DNA of 64,000 nt from assembly GCF_009914755.1 (NCBI RefSeq), contig NC_060925.1. One strand, given 5' to 3'. The first letter of the stretch is position 1. Every line of letters begins with the position of its first letter. The notes beneath the pieces are model-generated. The model did not search any database. It saw only the letters and a list, made by a program, of their open reading frames with translations, and had not been told where the DNA came from. This document shows positions 45,901 through 61,900 of the stretch, piece by piece. A program made the position numbers and the translations under genes. The DNA comes from the human T2T-CHM13v2.0 reference genome, Homo sapiens.

Positions 45901-48273
45901 TGGAATGGAATCATTGAATGGACTCGAAAGGGATCATGATTGAATGGAATTGAATGGAATCATCGAATGGTCTCGATTGGAATCATTATCAAATGGAATC
46001 GAATGGAATCACCGAATAGAATCGAATGGAACAATCATCGAATGGACTCAAATGGAATTATCCTCCAATGGAATCGAATGGAATTATCGAATGCAATCGA
46101 ATGGAATTATCGAATGCAATCGAATAGAATCATCGAATGGACTCGAATGGAATCATCGAATGGAATGGAATGGAACAGTCAATGAACTCGAATGGAATCA
46201 TCATTGAATGGAATCGAATGGAATCATCGAGTGGAATCGAATGGAATTATGATCAAATGGAATCGAATGTAATCATCATCAAATGGAATCAAAAATAACC
46301 ATCATCAATTGGTATTGAATGGAATTGTCATCAAATGGAATTCAAAGGAATCATCATCAAATGGAACCGAATGGAATCCTCATTGAATGGAAATGAAAGG
46401 GGTCATCATCTAATGGAATCGCATGGAATCATCATCAAATGGAATCGAATGGAATCATCATCAAATGGAATCTAATGGAATCATTGAACAGAATTGAATG
46501 GAATCGTCATCGAATGAATTGAATGCAATCATCGAATGGTCTCGAATGGAATCATCTTCTAATGGAAAGGAATGGAATCATCGCATAGAATCGAATGGAA
46601 TTATCATCGAATGGAATCAAATGGTATCAACACCAAACGGAAAAAAACGGAATTATCGAATGGAATCGAAGAGAATCTTCGAACGGACCCGAATGGAATC
46701 ATCTAATGGAATGGAATGGAATAATCCATGGACTCGAATGCAATCATCATCGAATGGAATGGAATGGAATCATCGAATGGACTCGAATGGAATAATCATT
46801 GAAGGGAATCGAATGGAATCATCATCGGATGGAAACGAATGGAATCATCATCGAATGGAAATGAAAGGAGTCATCATCTAATGGAATTGCATGGAATCAT
46901 CATAAAATGGAATCGAATGGAATCCACATCAAATGGAATCAAATGGAATCATTGAACGGAATTGAATGGAATCGTCATCGAATGAATTGACTGCAATCAT
47001 CGAATGGGCTCGAATGGAATCATCTTCAAATGGAATGGAATGGAATCATCGCATAGAATCGAATGGAATTATCATCGAATGGAATCGAATGGAATCAACA
47101 TCAAATGGAAAAAAACGGAATTATCGAATGGAATCGAAGAGAATCATCGAATGGACCCGAATGGAATCATCTAATGGAATGGAATGGAATAATCCATGGA
47201 CTCGAATGCAATCATCATCGAATGGAATCGAATGGAATCATCGAATGGACTCGAATGGAATAATCATTGAACGGAATCGAATGGAATCATCATCGGATGG
47301 AAATGAATGGAATCATCATCGAATGGAATCGAATATAATTATGGAATGAAATCCAGTGTGATCATCATCGAATGGACCCGAATGGAATCATCATCCAACA
47401 GAAGCTAATGGAATCAACATCGAATGAATCGAATGGAAACACCATCGAATTGAAACGAATGGAATTATCATGAAATTGAAATGGATGGACTCATCATCGA
47501 ATGGATTCGAATGGAATCATCGAATAAAATTGATTGAAATCATCATCCAATGGAATCGAATGGTATCATTGAATGGAATCGAATGGAATCATCATCAGAT
47601 GGAAATGAATGGAATCGTCATAGAATGGAATCGAATGGATTCATTGAATGGAATCAGATGGAATCATCGAATGGACTGGAATGGAATCATTGAATGGACT
47701 CGAAAGGGATCATTATTGAATGGAATTGAATGGAATCATCGAATGGTCTCGATTGGAATCATTATCAAATGGAATCGAATGGAATCACCGAATAGAATCG
47801 AATGGAACAATCATCGAATGGACTCAAATGGAATTATCCTCCAATGGAATCGAATGGAATTATCGAATGCAATCGAATGGAATTATCGAATGCAATCGAA
47901 TAGAATCATCGAATGGACTCGAATGGAATCATCGAATGGAATGGAATGGAACAGTCAATGAACTCGAATGGAATCATCATTGATTGGAATCGAATGGAAT
48001 CATCGAGTGGAATCGAATGGAATTATGATCAAATGGAATCGAATGTAATCATCATCAAATGGAATCAAAAATAACCATCATCAATTGGTATTGAATGGAA
48101 TTGTCATCAAATGGAATTCAAAGGAATCATCATCAAATGGAACCGAATGGAATCCTCATTGAATGGAAATGAAAGGGGTCATCATCTAATGGAATCGCAT
48201 GGAATCATCATCAAATGGAATCGAATGGAATCATCATCAAATGGAATCTAATGGAATCATTGAACAGAATTGA

Positions 48274-51200
48274 ATGGAATCGTCATCGAATGAATTGAAT
48301 GCAATCATCGAATGGTCTCGAATGGAATCATCTTCTAATGGAAAGGAATGGAATCATCGCATAGAATCGAATGGAATTATCATCGAATGGAATCGAATGG
48401 TATCAACACCAAACGGAAAAAAACGGAATTATCGAATGGAATCGAAGAGAATCTTCGAACGGACCCGAATGGAATCATCTAATGGAATGGAATGGAATAA
48501 TCCATGGACTCGAATGCAATCATCATCGAATGGAATCGAATGGAGTCATCGAATGGACTCGAATGGAATAATCATTGAACGGAATCGAATGGAATCATCA
48601 TCGGATGGAAACGAATGGAATCATCATCGAATGGAAATGAAAGGAGTCATCATCTAATGGAATTGCATGGAATCATCATAAAATGCAATCGAATGGAATC
48701 AACATCAAATGGAATCAAATGGAATCATTGAACGGAATTGAATGGAATCGTCATCGAATGAATTGACTGCAATCATCGAATGGTCTCGAATGGAATCATC
48801 TTCAAATGGAATGGAATGGAATCATCGCATAGAATCGAATGGAATTATCATCGAATGGAATCGAATGGAATCAACATCAAACGGAAAAAAACGGAATTAT
48901 CGAATGGAATCGAAGAGAATCATCGAATGGACCCGAATGGAATCATCTAATGGAATGGAATGGAATAATCCATGGACTCGAATGCAATCATCATCGAATG
49001 GAATCGAATGGAATCATCGAATGGACTCGAATGGAATAATCATTGAACGGAATCGAATGGAATCATCATCGGATGGAAATGAATGGAATCATCATCGAAT
49101 GGAATCGAATAGAATTATGGAATGAAATCCAGTGTGATCATCATCGAATGGACCCGAATGGAATCATCATCCAACGGAAGCTAATGGAATCAACATCGAA
49201 TGAATCGAATGGAAACACCATCGAATTGAAACGAATGGAATTATCATGAAATTGAAATGGATGGACTCATCATCGAATGGATTCGAATGGAATCATCGAA
49301 TAAAATTGATTGAAATCATCATGCAATGGAATCGAATGGTATCATTGAATGGAATCGAATGGAATCATCATCAGATGGAAATGAATGGAATCGTCATAGA
49401 ATGGAATCGAATGGATTCATTGAATGGAATCAGATGGAATCATCGAATGGACTGGAATGGAATCATTGAATGGACTCGAAAGGGATCATTATTGAATGGA
49501 ATTGAATGGAATCATCGAATGGTCTCGATTGGAATCATTATCACATGGAATCGAATGGAATCACCGAATAGAATCGAATGGAACAATCATCGAATGGACT
49601 CAAATGGAATTATCCTCCAATGGAATCGAATGGAATTATCGAATGCAATCGAATGGAATTATCGAATGCAATCGAATAGAATCATCGAATGGACTCGAAT
49701 GGAATCATCGAATGGAATGGAATGGAACAGTCAATGAACTCGAATGGAATCATCATTGAATGGAATCGAATGGAATCATCGAGTGGAATCGAATGGAATT
49801 ATGATCAAATGGAATCGAATGTAATCCTCATCAAATGGAATCAAAAATAACCATCATCAATTGGTATTGAATGGAATTGTCATCAAATGGAATTCAAAGG
49901 AATCATCATCAAATGGAACCGAATGGAATCCTCATTGAATGGAAATGAAAGGGGTCATCATCTAATGGAATCGCATGGAATCATCATCAAATGGAATCGA
50001 ATGGAATCATCATCAAATGGAATCTAATGGAATCATTGAACAGAATTGAATGGAATCGTCATCGAATGAATTGAATGCAATCATCGAATGGTCTCGAATG
50101 GAATCATCTTCTAATGGAAAGGAATGGAATCATCGCATAGAATCGAATGGAATTATCATCGAATGGAATCGAATGGTATCAACACCAAACGGAAAAATAC
50201 GGAATTATCGAATGGAATCGAAGAGAATCTTCGAACGGACCCGAATGGAATCATCTAATGGAATGGAATGGAATAATCCATGGACTCGAATGCAATCATC
50301 ATCGAATGGAATGGAATGGAATCATCGAATGGACTCGAATGGAATAATCATTGAACGGAATCGAATGGAATCATCATCGGATGGAAACGAATGGAATCAT
50401 CATCGAATGGAAATGAAAGGAGTCATCATCTAATGGAATTGCATGGAATCATCATAAAATGGAATCGAATGGAATCAACATCAAATGGAATCAAATGGAA
50501 TCATTGAACGGAATTGAATGGAATCGTCATCGAATGAATTGACTGCAATCATCGAATGGTCTCGAATGGAATCATCTTCAAATGGAATGGAATGGAATCA
50601 TCGCATAGAATCGAATGGAATTATCATCGAATGGAATCGAATGGAATCAACATCAAACGGAAAAAAACGGAATTATCGAATGGAATCGAAGAGAATCATC
50701 GAATGGACCCGAATGGAATCATCTAATGGAATGGAATGGAATAATCCATGGACTCGAATGCAATCATCATCGAATGGAATCGAATGGAATCATCGAATGG
50801 ACTCGAATGGAATAATCATTGAACGGAATCGAATGGAATCATCATCGGATGGAAATGAATGGAATCATCATCGAATGGAATCGAATAGAATTATGGAATG
50901 AAATCCAGTGTGATCATCATCGAATGGACCCGAATGGAATCATCATCCAACGGAAGCTAATGGAATCAACATCGAATGAATCGAATGGAAACACCATCGA
51001 ATTGAAACGAATGGAATTATCATGAAATTGAAATGGATGGACTCATCATCGAATGGATTCGAATGGAATCATCGAATAAAATTGATTGAAATCATCATCC
51101 AATGGAATCGAATGGTATCATTGAATGGAAACGAATGGAATCATCATCAGATGGAAATGAATGGAATCGTCATAGAATGGAATCGAATGGATTCATTGAA

Positions 51201-54200
51201 TGGAATCAGATGGAATCATCGAATGGACTGGAATGGAATCATTGAATGGACTCGAAAGGGATCATGATTGAATGGAATTGAATGGAATCATCGAATGGTC
51301 TCGATTGGAATCATTATCAAATGGAATCGAATGGAATCACCGAATAGAATCGAATGGAACAATCATCGAATGGACTCAAATGGAATTATCCTCCAATGGA
51401 ATCGAATGGAATTATCGAATGCAATCGAATGGAATTATCGAATGCAATCGAATAGAATCATCGAATGGACTCGAATGGAATCATCGAATGGAATGGAATG
51501 GAACAGTCAATGAACTCGAATGGAATCATCATTGAATGGAATCGAATGGAATCATCGAGTGGAATCGAATGGAATTATGATCAAATGGAATCGAATGTAA
51601 TCATCATCAAATGGAATCAAAAATAACCATCATCAATTGGTATTGAATGGAATTGTCATCAAATGGAATTCAAAGGAATCATCATCAAATGGAACCGAAT
51701 GGAATCCTCATTGAATGGAAATGAAAGGGGTCATCATCTAATGGAATCGCATGGAATCATCATCAAATGGAATCGAATGGAATCATCATCAAATGGAATC
51801 TAATGGAATCATTGAACAGAATTGAATGGAATCGTCATCGAATGAATTGAATGCAATCATCGAATGGTCTCGAATGGAATCATCTTCTAATGGAAAGGAA
51901 TGGAATCATCGCATAGAATCGAATGGAATTATCATCGAATGGAATCAAATGGTATCAACACCAAACGGAAAAAAACGGAATTATCGAATGGAATCGAAGA
52001 GAATCTTCGAACGGACCCGAATGGAATCATCTAATGGAATGGAATGGAATAATCCATGGACTCGAATGCAATCATCATCGAATGGAATGGAATGGAATCA
52101 TCGAATGGACTCGAATGGAATAATCATTGAACGGAATCGAATGGAATCATCATCGGATGGAAACGAATGGAATCATCATCGAATGGAAATGAAAGGAGTC
52201 ATCATCTAATGGAATTGCATGGAATCATCATAAAATGGAATCGAATGGAATCAACATCAAATGGAATCAAATGGAATCATTGAACGGAATTGAATGGAAT
52301 CGTCATCGAATGAATTGACTGCAATCATCGAATGGTCTCGAATGGAATCATCTTCAAATGGAATGGAATGGAATCATCGCATAGAATCGAATGGAATTAT
52401 CATCGAATGGAATCGAATGGAATCAACATCAAATGGAAAAAAACGGAATTATCGAATGGAATCGAAGAGAATCATCGAATGGACCCGAATGGAATCATCT
52501 AATGGAATGGAATGGAATAATCCATGGACTCGAATGCAATCATCATCGAATGGAATCGAATGGAATCATCGAATGGACTCGAATGGAATAATCATTGAAC
52601 GGAATCGAATGGAATCATCATCGGATGGAAATGAATGGAATCATCATCGAATGGAATCGAATAGAATTATGGAATGAAATCCAGTGTGATCATCATCGAA
52701 TGGACCCGAATGGAATCATCATCCAACGGAAGCTAATGGAATCAACATCGAATGAATCGAATGGAAACACCATCGAATTGAAACGAATGGAATTATCATG
52801 AAATTGAAATGGATGGACTCATCATCGAATGGATTCGAATGGAATCATCGAATAAAATTGATTGAAATCATCATCCAATGGAATCGAATGGTATCATTGA
52901 ATGGAATCGAATGGAATCATCATCAGATGGAAATGAATGGAATTGTCATAGAATGGAATCGAATGGATTCATTGAATGGAATCAGATGGAATCATCGAAT
53001 GGACTGGAATGGAATCATTGAATGGACTCGAAAGGGATCATGATTGAATGGAATTGAATGGAATCATCGAATGGTCTCGATTGGAATCATTATCAAATGG
53101 AATCGAATGGAATCACCGAATAGAATCGAATGGAACAATCATCTAATGGACTCAAATGGAATTATCCTCAAATGGAATCGAATGGAATTATCGAATGCAA
53201 TCGAATGGAATTATCGAATGCAATCGAATAGAATCATCGAAAGGACTCGAATGGAATCATCGAATGGAATGGAATGGAACAGTCAATGAACTCGAATGGA
53301 ATCATCATTGAATGGAATCGAATGGAATCATCGAGTGGAATCGAATGGAATTATGATCAAATGGAATCGAATGTAATCATCATCAAATGGAATCAAAAAT
53401 AACCATCATCAATTGGTATTGAATGGAATTGTCATCAAATGGAATTCAAAGGAATCATCATCAAATGGAACCGAATGGAATCCTCATTGAATGGAAATGA
53501 AAGGGGTCATCATCTAATGGAATCGCATGGAATCATCATCAAATGGAATCGAATGGAATCATCATCAAATGGAATCTAATGGAATCATTGAACAGAATTG
53601 AATGGAATCGTCATCGAATGAATTGAATGCAATCATCGAATGGTCTCGAATGGAATCATCTTCTAATGGAAAGGAATGGAATCATCGCATAGAATCGAAT
53701 GGAATTATCATCGAATGGAATCGAATGGTATCAACACCAAACGGAAAAAAACGGAATTATCGAATGGAATCGAAGAGAATCTTCGAACGGACCCGAATGG
53801 AATCATCTAATGGAATGGAATGGAATAATCCATGGACTCGAATGCAATCATCATCGAATGGAATCGAATGGAGTCATCGAATGGACTCGAATGGAATAAT
53901 CATTGAACGGAATCGAATGGAATCATCATCGGATGGAAACGAATGGAATCATCATCGAATGGAAATGAAAGGAGTCATCATCTAATGGAATTGCATGGAA
54001 TCATCATAAAATGGAATCGAATGGAATCAACATCAAATGGAATCAAATGGAATCATTGAACGGAATTGAATGGAATCGTCATCGAATGAATTGACTGCAA
54101 TCATCGAATGGTCTCGAATGGAATCATCTTCAAATGGAATGGAATGGAATCATCGCATAGAATCGAATGGAATTATCATCGAATGGAATCGAATGGAATC

Positions 54201-57200
54201 AACATCAAACGGAAAAAAACGGAATTATCGAATGGAATCGAAGAGAATCATCGAATGGACCCGAATGGAATCATCTAATGGAATGGAATGGAATAATCCA
54301 TGGACTCGAATGCAATCATCATCGAATGGAATCGAATGGAATCATCGAATGGACTCGAATGGAATAATCATTGAACGGAATCGAATGGAATCATCATCGG
54401 ATGGAAATGAATGGAATCATCATCGAATGGAATCGAATAGAATTATGGAATGAAATCCAGTGTGATCATCATCGAATGGACCCGAATGGAATCATCATCC
54501 AACGGAAGCTAATGGAATCAACATCGAATGAATCGAATGGAAACACCATCGAATTGAAACGAATGGAATTATCATGAAATTGAAATGGATGGACTCATCA
54601 TCGAATGGATTCGAATGGAATCATCGAATAAAATTGATTGAAATCATCATGCAATGGAATCGAATGGTATCATTGAATGGAATCGAATGGAATCATCATC
54701 AGATGGAAATGAATGGAATCGTCATAGAATGGAATCGAATGGATTCATTGAATGGAATCAGATGGAATCATCGAATGGACTGGAATGGAATCATTGAATG
54801 GACTCGAAAGGGATCATTATTGAATGGAATTGAATGGAATCATCGAATGGTCTCGATTGGAATCATTATCACATGGAATCGAATGGAATCACCGAATAGA
54901 ATCGAATGGAACAATCATCGAATGGACTCAAATGGAATTATCCTCCAATGGAATCGAATGGAATTATCGAATGCAATCGAATGGAATTATCGAATGCAAT
55001 CGAATAGAATCATCGAATGGACTCGAATGGAATCATCGAATGGAATGGAATGGAACAGTCAATGAACTCGAATGGAATCATCATTGAATGGAATCGAATG
55101 GAATCATCGAGTGGAATCGAATGGAATTATGATCAAATGGAATCGAATGTAATCCTCATCAAATGGAATCAAAAATAACCATCATCAATTGGTATTGAAT
55201 GGAATTGTCATCAAATGGAATTCAAAGGAATCATCATCAAATGGAACCGAATGGAATCCTCATTGAATGGAAATGAAAGGGGTCATCATCTAATGGAATC
55301 GCATGGAATCATCATCAAATGGAATCGAATGGAATCATCATCAAATGGAATCTAATGGAATCATTGAACAGAATTGAATGGAATCGTCATCGAATGAATT
55401 GAATGCAATCATCGAATGGTCTCGAATGGAATCATCTTCTAATGGAAAGGAATGGAATCATCGCATAGAATCGAATGGAATTATCATCGAATGGAATCGA
55501 ATGGTATCAACACCAAACGGAAAAATACGGAATTATCGAATGGAATCGAAGAGAATCTTCGAACGGACCCGAATGGAATCATCTAATGGAATGGAATGGA
55601 ATAATCCATGGACTCGAATGCAATCATCATCGAATGGAATGGAATGGAATCATCGAATGGACTCGAATGGAATAATCATTGAACGGAATCGAATGGAATC
55701 ATCATCGGATGGAAACGAATGGAATCATCATCGAATGGAAATGAAAGGAGTCATCATCTAATGGAATTGCATGGAATCATCATAAAATGGAATCGAATGG
55801 AATCAACATCAAATGGAATCAAATGGAATCATTGAACGGAATTGAATGGAATCGTCATCGAATGAATTGACTGCAATCATCGAATGGTCTCGAATGGAAT
55901 CATCTTCAAATGGAATGGAATGGAATCATCGCATAGAATCGAATGGAATTATCATCGAATGGAATCGAATGGAATCAACATCAAACGGAAAAAAACGGAA
56001 TTATCGAATGGAATCGAAGAGAATCATCGAATGGACCCGAATGGAATCATCTAATGGAATGGAATGGAATAATCCATGGACTCGAATGCAATCATCATCG
56101 AATGGAATCGAATGGAATCATCGAATGGACTCGAATGGAATAATCATTGAACGGAATCGAATGGAATCATCATCGGATGGAAATGAATGGAATCATCATC
56201 GAATGGAATCGAATAGAATTATGGAATGAAATCCAGTGTGATCATCATCGAATGGACCCGAATGGAATCATCATCCAACGGAAGCTAATGGAATCAACAT
56301 CGAATGAATCGAATGGAAACACCATCGAATTGAAACGAATGGAATTATCATGAAATTGAAATGGATGGACTCATCATCGAATGGATTCGAATGGAATCAT
56401 CGAATAAAATTGATTGAAATCATCATCCAATGGAATCGAATGGTATCATTGAATGGAAACGAATGGAATCATCATCAGATGGAAATGAATGGAATCGTCA
56501 TAGAATGGAATCGAATGGATTCATTGAATGGAATCAGATGGAATCATCGAATGGACTGGAATGGAATCATTGAATGGACTCGAAAGGGATCATGATTGAA
56601 TGGAATTGAATGGAATCATCGAATGGTCTCGATTGGAATCATTATCAAATGGAATCGAATGGAATCACCGAATAGAATCGAATGGAACAATCATCGAATG
56701 GACTCAAATGGAATTATCCTCCAATGGAATCGAATGGAATTATCGAATGCAATCGAATGGAATTATCGAATGCAATCGAATAGAATCATCGAATGGACTC
56801 GAATGGAATCATCGAATGGAATGGAATGGAACAGTCAATGAACTCGAATGGAATCATCATTGAATGGAATCGAATGGAATCATCGAGTGGAATCGAATGG
56901 AATTATGATCAAATGGAATCGAATGTAATCATCATCAAATGGAATCAAAAATAACCATCATCAATTGGTATTGAATGGAATTGTCATCAAATGGAATTCA
57001 AAGGAATCATCATCAAATGGAACCGAATGGAATCCTCATTGAATGGAAATGAAAGGGGTCATCATCTAATGGAATCGCATGGAATCATCATCAAATGGAA
57101 TCGAATGGAATCATCATCAAATGGAATCTAATGGAATCATTGAACAGAATTGAATGGAATCGTCATCGAATGAATTGAATGCAATCATCGAATGGTCTCG

Positions 57201-58929
57201 AATGGAATCATCTTCTAATGGAAAGGAATGGAATCATCGCATAGAATCGAATGGAATTATCATCGAATGGAATCAAATGGTATCAACACCAAACGGAAAA
57301 AAACGGAATTAACGAATGGAATCGAAGAGAATCTTCGAACGGACCCGAATGGAATCATCTAATGGAATGGAATGGAATAATCCATGGACTCGAATGCAAT
57401 CATCATCGAATGGAATGGAATGGAATCATCGAATGGACTCGAATGGAATAATCATTGAACGGAATCGAATGGAATCATCATCGGATGGAAACGAATGGAA
57501 TCATCATCGAATGGAAATGAAAGGAGTCATCATCTAATGGAATTGCATGGAATCATCATAAAATGGAATCGAATGGAATCAACATCAAATGGAATCAAAT
57601 GGAATCATTGAACGGAATTGAATGGAATCGTCATCGAATGAATTGACTGCAATCATCGAATGGTCTCGAATGGAATCATCTTCAAATGGAATGGAATGGA
57701 ATCATCGCATAGAATCGAATGGAATTATCATCGAATGGAATCGAATGGAATCAACATCAAATGGAAAAAAACGGAATTATCGAATGGAATCGAAGAGAAT
57801 CATCGAATGGACCCGAATGGAATCATCTAATGGAATGGAATGGAATAATCCATGGACTCGAATGCAATCATCATCGAATGGAATCGAATGGAATCATCGA
57901 ATGGACTCGAATGGAATAATCATTGAACGGAATCGAATGGAATCATCATCGGATGGAAATGAATGGAATCATCATCGAATGGAATCGAATAGAATTATGG
58001 AATGAAATCCAGTGTGATCATCATCGAATGGACCCGAATGGAATCATCATCCAACGGAAGCTAATGGAATCAACATCGAATGAATCGAATGGAAACACCA
58101 TCGAATTGAAACGAATGGAATTATCATGAAATTGAAATGGATGGACTCATCATCGAATGGATTCGAATGGAATCATCGAATAAAATTGATTGAAATCATC
58201 ATCGAATGGAATCGAATGGTATCATTGAATGGAATCGAATGGAATCATCATCAGATGGAAATGAATGGAATTGTCATAGAATGGAATCGAATGGATTCAT
58301 TGAATGGAATCAGATGGAATCATCGAATGGACTGGAATGGAATCATTGAATGGACTCGAAAGGGATCATGATTGAATGGAATTGAATGGAATCATCGAAT
58401 GGTCTCGATTGGAATCATTATCAAATGGAATCGAATGGAATCACCGAATAGAATCGAATGGAACAATCATCTAATGGACTCAAATGGAATTATCCTCAAA
58501 TGGAATCGAATGGAATTATCGAATGCAATCGAATGGAATTATCGAATGCAATCGAATAGAATCATCGAAAGGACTCGAATGGAATCATCGAATGGAATGG
58601 AATGGAACAGTCAATGAACTCGAATGGAATCATCATTGAATGGAATCGAATGGAATCATCGAGTGGAATCGAATGGAATTATGATCAAATGGAATCGAAT
58701 GTAATCATCATCAAATGGAATCAAAAATAACCATCATCAATTGGTATTGAATGGAATTGTCATCAAATGGAATTCAAAGGAATCATCATCAAATGGAACC
58801 GAATGGAATCCTCATTGAATGGAAATGAAAGGGGTCATCATCTAATGGAATCGCATGGAATCATCATCAAATGGAATCGAATGGAATCATCATCAAATGG
58901 AATCTAATGGAATCATTGAACAGAATTCA
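48274..58929. repeat. Two copies of a different 5,328-bp 3-unit higher-order repeat (B'-A-D)
   Basis: B' at 48274/53602, A at 50050/55378 and D at 51826/57154. D carries GGAATTGTCATAG, AACAATCATCTAATGG and CATCGAAAGGACTC. Confidence 0.87.
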
Positions 58930-61900
58930 ATGGAATCGTCATCGAATGAATTGAATGCAATCATCGAATGGTCTCGAATGGAATCATCTTCTAATGGAAA
59001 GGAATGGAATCATAGCATAGAATCGAATGGAATTATCATCGAATGGAATCGAATGGTATCAACACCAAACGGAAAAAAACGGAATTATCGAATGGAATCG
59101 AAGAGAATCTTCGAACGGACCCGAATGGAATCATCTAATGGAATGGAATGGAATAATCCATGGACTCGAATGCAATCATCATCGAATGGAATCGACTGGA
59201 ATCATCGAATGGACTCGAATGGAATAATCATTGAACGGAATCGAATGGAATCATCATCGGATGGAAACGAATGGAATCATCATCGAATGGAAATGAAAGG
59301 AGTCATCATCTAATGGAATTGCATGGAATCATCATAAAATGGAATCGAATGGAATCAACATCAAATGGAATCAAATGGAATCATTGAACGGAATTGAATG
59401 GAATCGTCATCGAATGAATTGACTGCAATCATCGAATGGTCTCGAATGGAATCATCTTCAAATGGAATGGAATGGAATCATCGCATAGAATCGAATGGAA
59501 TTATCATCGAATGGAATCGAATGGAATCAACATCAAACGGAAAAAAACGGAATTATCGAATGGAATCGAAGAGAATCATCGAATGGACCCGAATGGAATC
59601 ATCTAATGGAATGGAATGGAATAATCCATGGACTCGAATGCAATCATCATCGAATGGAATCGAATGGAATCATCGAATGGACTCGAATGGAATAATCATT
59701 GAACGGAATCGAATGGAATCATCATCGGATGGAAATGAATGGAATCATCATCGAATGGAATCGAATAGAATTATGGAATGAAATCCAGTGTGATCATCAT
59801 CGAATGGACCCGAATGGAATCATCATCCAACGGAAGCTAATGGAATCAACATCGAATGAATCGAATGGAAACACCATCGAATTGAAACGAATGGAATTAT
59901 TATGAAATTGAAATGGATGGACTCATCATCGAATGGATTCGAATGGAATCATCGAATAAAATTGACTGAAATCATCATCCAATGGAATCGAATGGTATCA
60001 TTGAATGGAATCGAATGGAATCATCATCAGATGGAAATGAATGGAATCGTCATAGAATGAAATCGAATGGATTCATTGAATGGAATCAGATGGAATCATC
60101 GAATGGACTGGAATGGAATCATTGAATGGACTCGAAAGGGATCATGATTGAATGGAATTGAATGGAATCATCGAATGGTCTCGATTGGAATCATTATCAA
60201 ATGGAATCGAATGGAATCACCGAATAGAATCGAATGGAACAATCATCGAATGGACTCAAATGGAATTATCCTCAAATGGAATCGAATGGAATTATCGAAT
60301 GCAATCGAATGGAATTATCGAATGCAATCGAATAGAATCATCGAAAGGACTCGAATGGAATCATCGAATGGAATGGAATGGAACAGTCAATGAACTCGAA
60401 TGGAATCATCATTGAATGGAATCGAATGGAATCATCGACTGGAATCGAATGGAATTATGATCAAATGGAATCGAATGTAATCATCATCAAATGGAATCAA
60501 AAATAACCATCATCAATTGGTATTGAATGGAATTGTCATCAAATGGAATTCAAAGGAATCATCATCAAATGGAACCGAATGGAATCCTCATTGAATGGAA
60601 ATGAAAGGGGTCATCATCTAATGGAATCGCATGGAATCATCATCAAATGGAATAGAATGGAATCATCATCAAATGGAATCTAATGGAATCATTGAACAGA
60701 ATTGAATGGAATCGTCATCGAATGAATTGAATGCAATCATCGAATGGTCTCGAATGGAATCTTCTTCTAATGGAAAGGAATGGAATCATCGCATAGAATC
60801 GAATGGAATTATCATCGAATGGAATCGAATGATATCAACACCAAACGGAAAAAAACGGAATTATCGAATGGAATCGAAGAGAATCTTCGAACGGACCCGA
60901 ATGGAATCATCTAATGGAATGGAATGGAATAATCCATGGACTCGAATGCAATCATCATCGAATGGAATCGAATGGAATCATCGAATGGACTCGAATGGAA
61001 TAATCATTGAACGGAATCGAATGGAATCATCATCGGATGGAAATGAATGGAATCATCATCGAATGGAAATGAAAGGAGTCATCATCTAATGGAATTGCAT
61101 GGAATCATCATAAAATGGAATCGAATGGAATCAACCTCAAATGGAATCAAATGGAATCATTGAACGGAATTGAATGGAATCGTCATCGAATGAATTGACT
61201 GCAATCATCGAATGGTCTCGAATGGAATCATCTTCAAATGGAATGGAATGGAATCATCGCATAGAATCGAATGGAATTATCATCGAATGGAATCGAATGG
61301 AATCAACATCAAACGGAAAAAAACGGAATTATCAAATGGAATCGAAGAGAATCATCGAATGGACCCGAATGGAATCATCTAATGGAATGGAATGGAATAA
61401 TCCATGGACTCGAATGCAATCATCATCGAATGGAATCGAATGGAATCATCGAATGGACTCGAATGGAATAATCATTGAACGGAATCGAATGGAATCATCA
61501 TCGGATGGAAATGAATGGAATCATCATCGAATGGAATCGAATAGAATTATGGAATGAAATCCAGTGTGATCATCATCGAATGGACCCAAATGGAATCATC
61601 ATCCAACGGAAGCTAATGGAATCAACATCGAATGAATCGAATGGAAACACCATCGAATTGAAACGAATGGAATTATCATGAAATTGAAATGGATGGACTC
61701 ATCATCGAATGGATTCGAATGGAATCATCGAATAAAATTGATTGAAATCATCATCCAATGGAATCGAATGGTATCATTGAATGGAATCGAATGGAATCAT
61801 CATCAGATGGAAATGAATGGAATTGTCATAGAATGGAATCGAATGGATTCATTGAATGGAATCAGATGGAATCATCGAATGGACTGGAATGGAATCATTG

